Program-made: the position numbers and the translations under genes
Origin: a virus
Taxonomy: Duplodnaviria > Caudoviricetes
Direction: 5' to 3' (one strand)
Virus record (IMG/VR): IMGVR_UViG_3300032272_000046
Location: 1 to 34,652 of that record
Length of the DNA stretch: 34,652 nucleotides
Shown here: positions 33,929 to 34,652 of the stretch, piece after piece
Numbering within the stretch: the first letter of the stretch is position 1
How the letters are laid out: the number at the start of each line of letters is the position of its first letter
Notes under the pieces: model-generated
Databases searched by the model: none
Told to the model about the DNA's origin: nothing
The model's input: only the letters and a program-made list of their open reading frames with translations

Positions 33929-34024
33929 CTAACCCCCGAAAATCAGACTGATAGCGAAACCACAAGCGAATACCAGGGCCAGGTAGGCGGCGATGCATAG
34001 AAATTCAGTTAGTTTGGGGTTCAT
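33929..34024 (-). CDS. 31-aa hydrophobic peptide (not in ORF track)
   Basis: MNPKLTEFLCIAAYLALVFACGFAISLIFGG; GAGG RBS. Confidence 0.55.
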   Translation of the reverse strand: MNPKLTEFLCIAAYLALVFACGFAISLIFGG

Positions 34025-34045
34025 GGGTTGGCCTCGTTAATAAGT

Positions 34046-34078
34046 GCTACCTTCCGGCGGTAAGAACCGGAAGGTAGC
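34046..34078. terminator. 12-bp perfect hairpin after the lipoprotein gene
   Basis: gctaccttccgg-cggtaagaa-ccggaaggtagc; weak U tract (ACTTATT) on the - strand. Confidence 0.6.
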
Positions 34079-34086
34079 TATTTGAA

Positions 34087-34650
34087 TTACTGCGTGTTGA
34101 TTAGCACGGTAGCAGCACCGCTGCGGCGGACCCGGTTGGTGTCGTAGTCGACTCTCACCGGGCCAGGGTATACCGTCACTTTGGTTTCAACATAGACAGG
34201 TTCGACTGACCCTGCCTCGCCCAAACACATAACCCACGTAGCCGCAGTGTTTTTGCTGGCAAATATGCCGTTCGGCTCCGGCTGTTCTACTGAAGCCAAT
34301 GCGCCGCCCTGGTAACTGTGCTCTTCACCTTGCATATCAATGTCTGTAGCTACTAAAGGGTTAGTCAGGCTGGTATCGTAAGGTATCCCGTAGCCGTAGC
34401 TAGGGCAATCGCCTTCTATCGTGCCTCTGTCTGAGCGCCAGACTGAATGAGTGGCAGCCTTCTGGTTCCTGACGGTGTACAACTGGATCACCAGGTCACG
34501 TTCCAATGACCAATCGAAGCTGGGTACAGGTTGGCCTATCTGGTACTGGCTCTGCTGTCGCTCGACGGCCTTGGTCTCGGATGACGCGGACGTTTTAGTC
34601 TCCTTGCACCCAGTTAAAAACAGGGCAGTGATTAAAAATACTAGAAATAT
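34087..34650 (-). CDS. Phage lipoprotein (5'-truncated by window)
   Basis: Frame is open to the window end: IFLVFLITALFLTGC lipobox, then QPVP.FDWSLER, GYGIPY, QPEPNGIF, ATWVMC. Confidence 0.8.
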   Translation of the reverse strand: MFLVFLITALFLTGCKETKTSASSETKAVERQQSQYQIGQPVPSFDWSLERDLVIQLYTVRNQKAATHSVWRSDRGTIEGDCPSYGYGIPYDTSLTNPLVATDIDMQGEEHSYQGGALASVEQPEPNGIFASKNTAATWVMCLGEAGSVEPVYVETKVTVYPGPVRVDYDTNRVRRSGAATVLINTQ

Positions 34651-34652
34651 GG

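Noticed and set aside
1-34652. Stop-codon reassignment, introns or inteins, tRNAs, integrase
   Set aside because: Core genes are intact and of normal size in the standard code, with TAA, TGA and TAG all used as stops; no such elements were recognised by eye.

Overview
This window is a 34.6-kb segment of a tailed dsDNA phage with siphovirus-type morphogenesis. The host is probably a Gram-negative bacterium (lipoproteins, sigma70-like promoters). The left end (1-1842, + strand) carries the tail of a recombination arm: the C-terminus of an SbcC/Rad50-like ATPase, a Spo11/TopoVI-A-like Toprim protein and a DUF1737 protein. Almost everything else is on the - strand. Read from right to left it contains: small accessory genes (lipoprotein, NADAR, ABA-sandwich and others), terminase subunits, portal, S49 protease/scaffold, decoration protein, major capsid, head-tail connectors, tail tube, frameshifted tail chaperones, tape measure, Dit, tail-tip proteins with an inserted GNAT, and a short fibre. 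These are followed by an inverted lipoprotein-metalloprotease moron, an unusually membrane-protein-rich lysis cassette, and a distal adhesin/head-spike-like module. No integrase, tRNA, rRNA, CRISPR array or transposase was recognised. The most interesting observations are: (i) a putative capsid-vertex fibre system, made of a small jelly-roll base plus an 891-aa adhesin ending in five tetrapeptide repeats; (ii) a structured intergenic RNA with an anti-Shine-Dalgarno loop upstream of the terminase; (iii) hairpin-coupled sigma70 promoters in front of most late sub-modules; (iv) an unannotated ORF resembling the EF-Ts N-terminus; (v) the SMC plus Toprim pair. All family assignments come from motif recognition by eye, not database searches.
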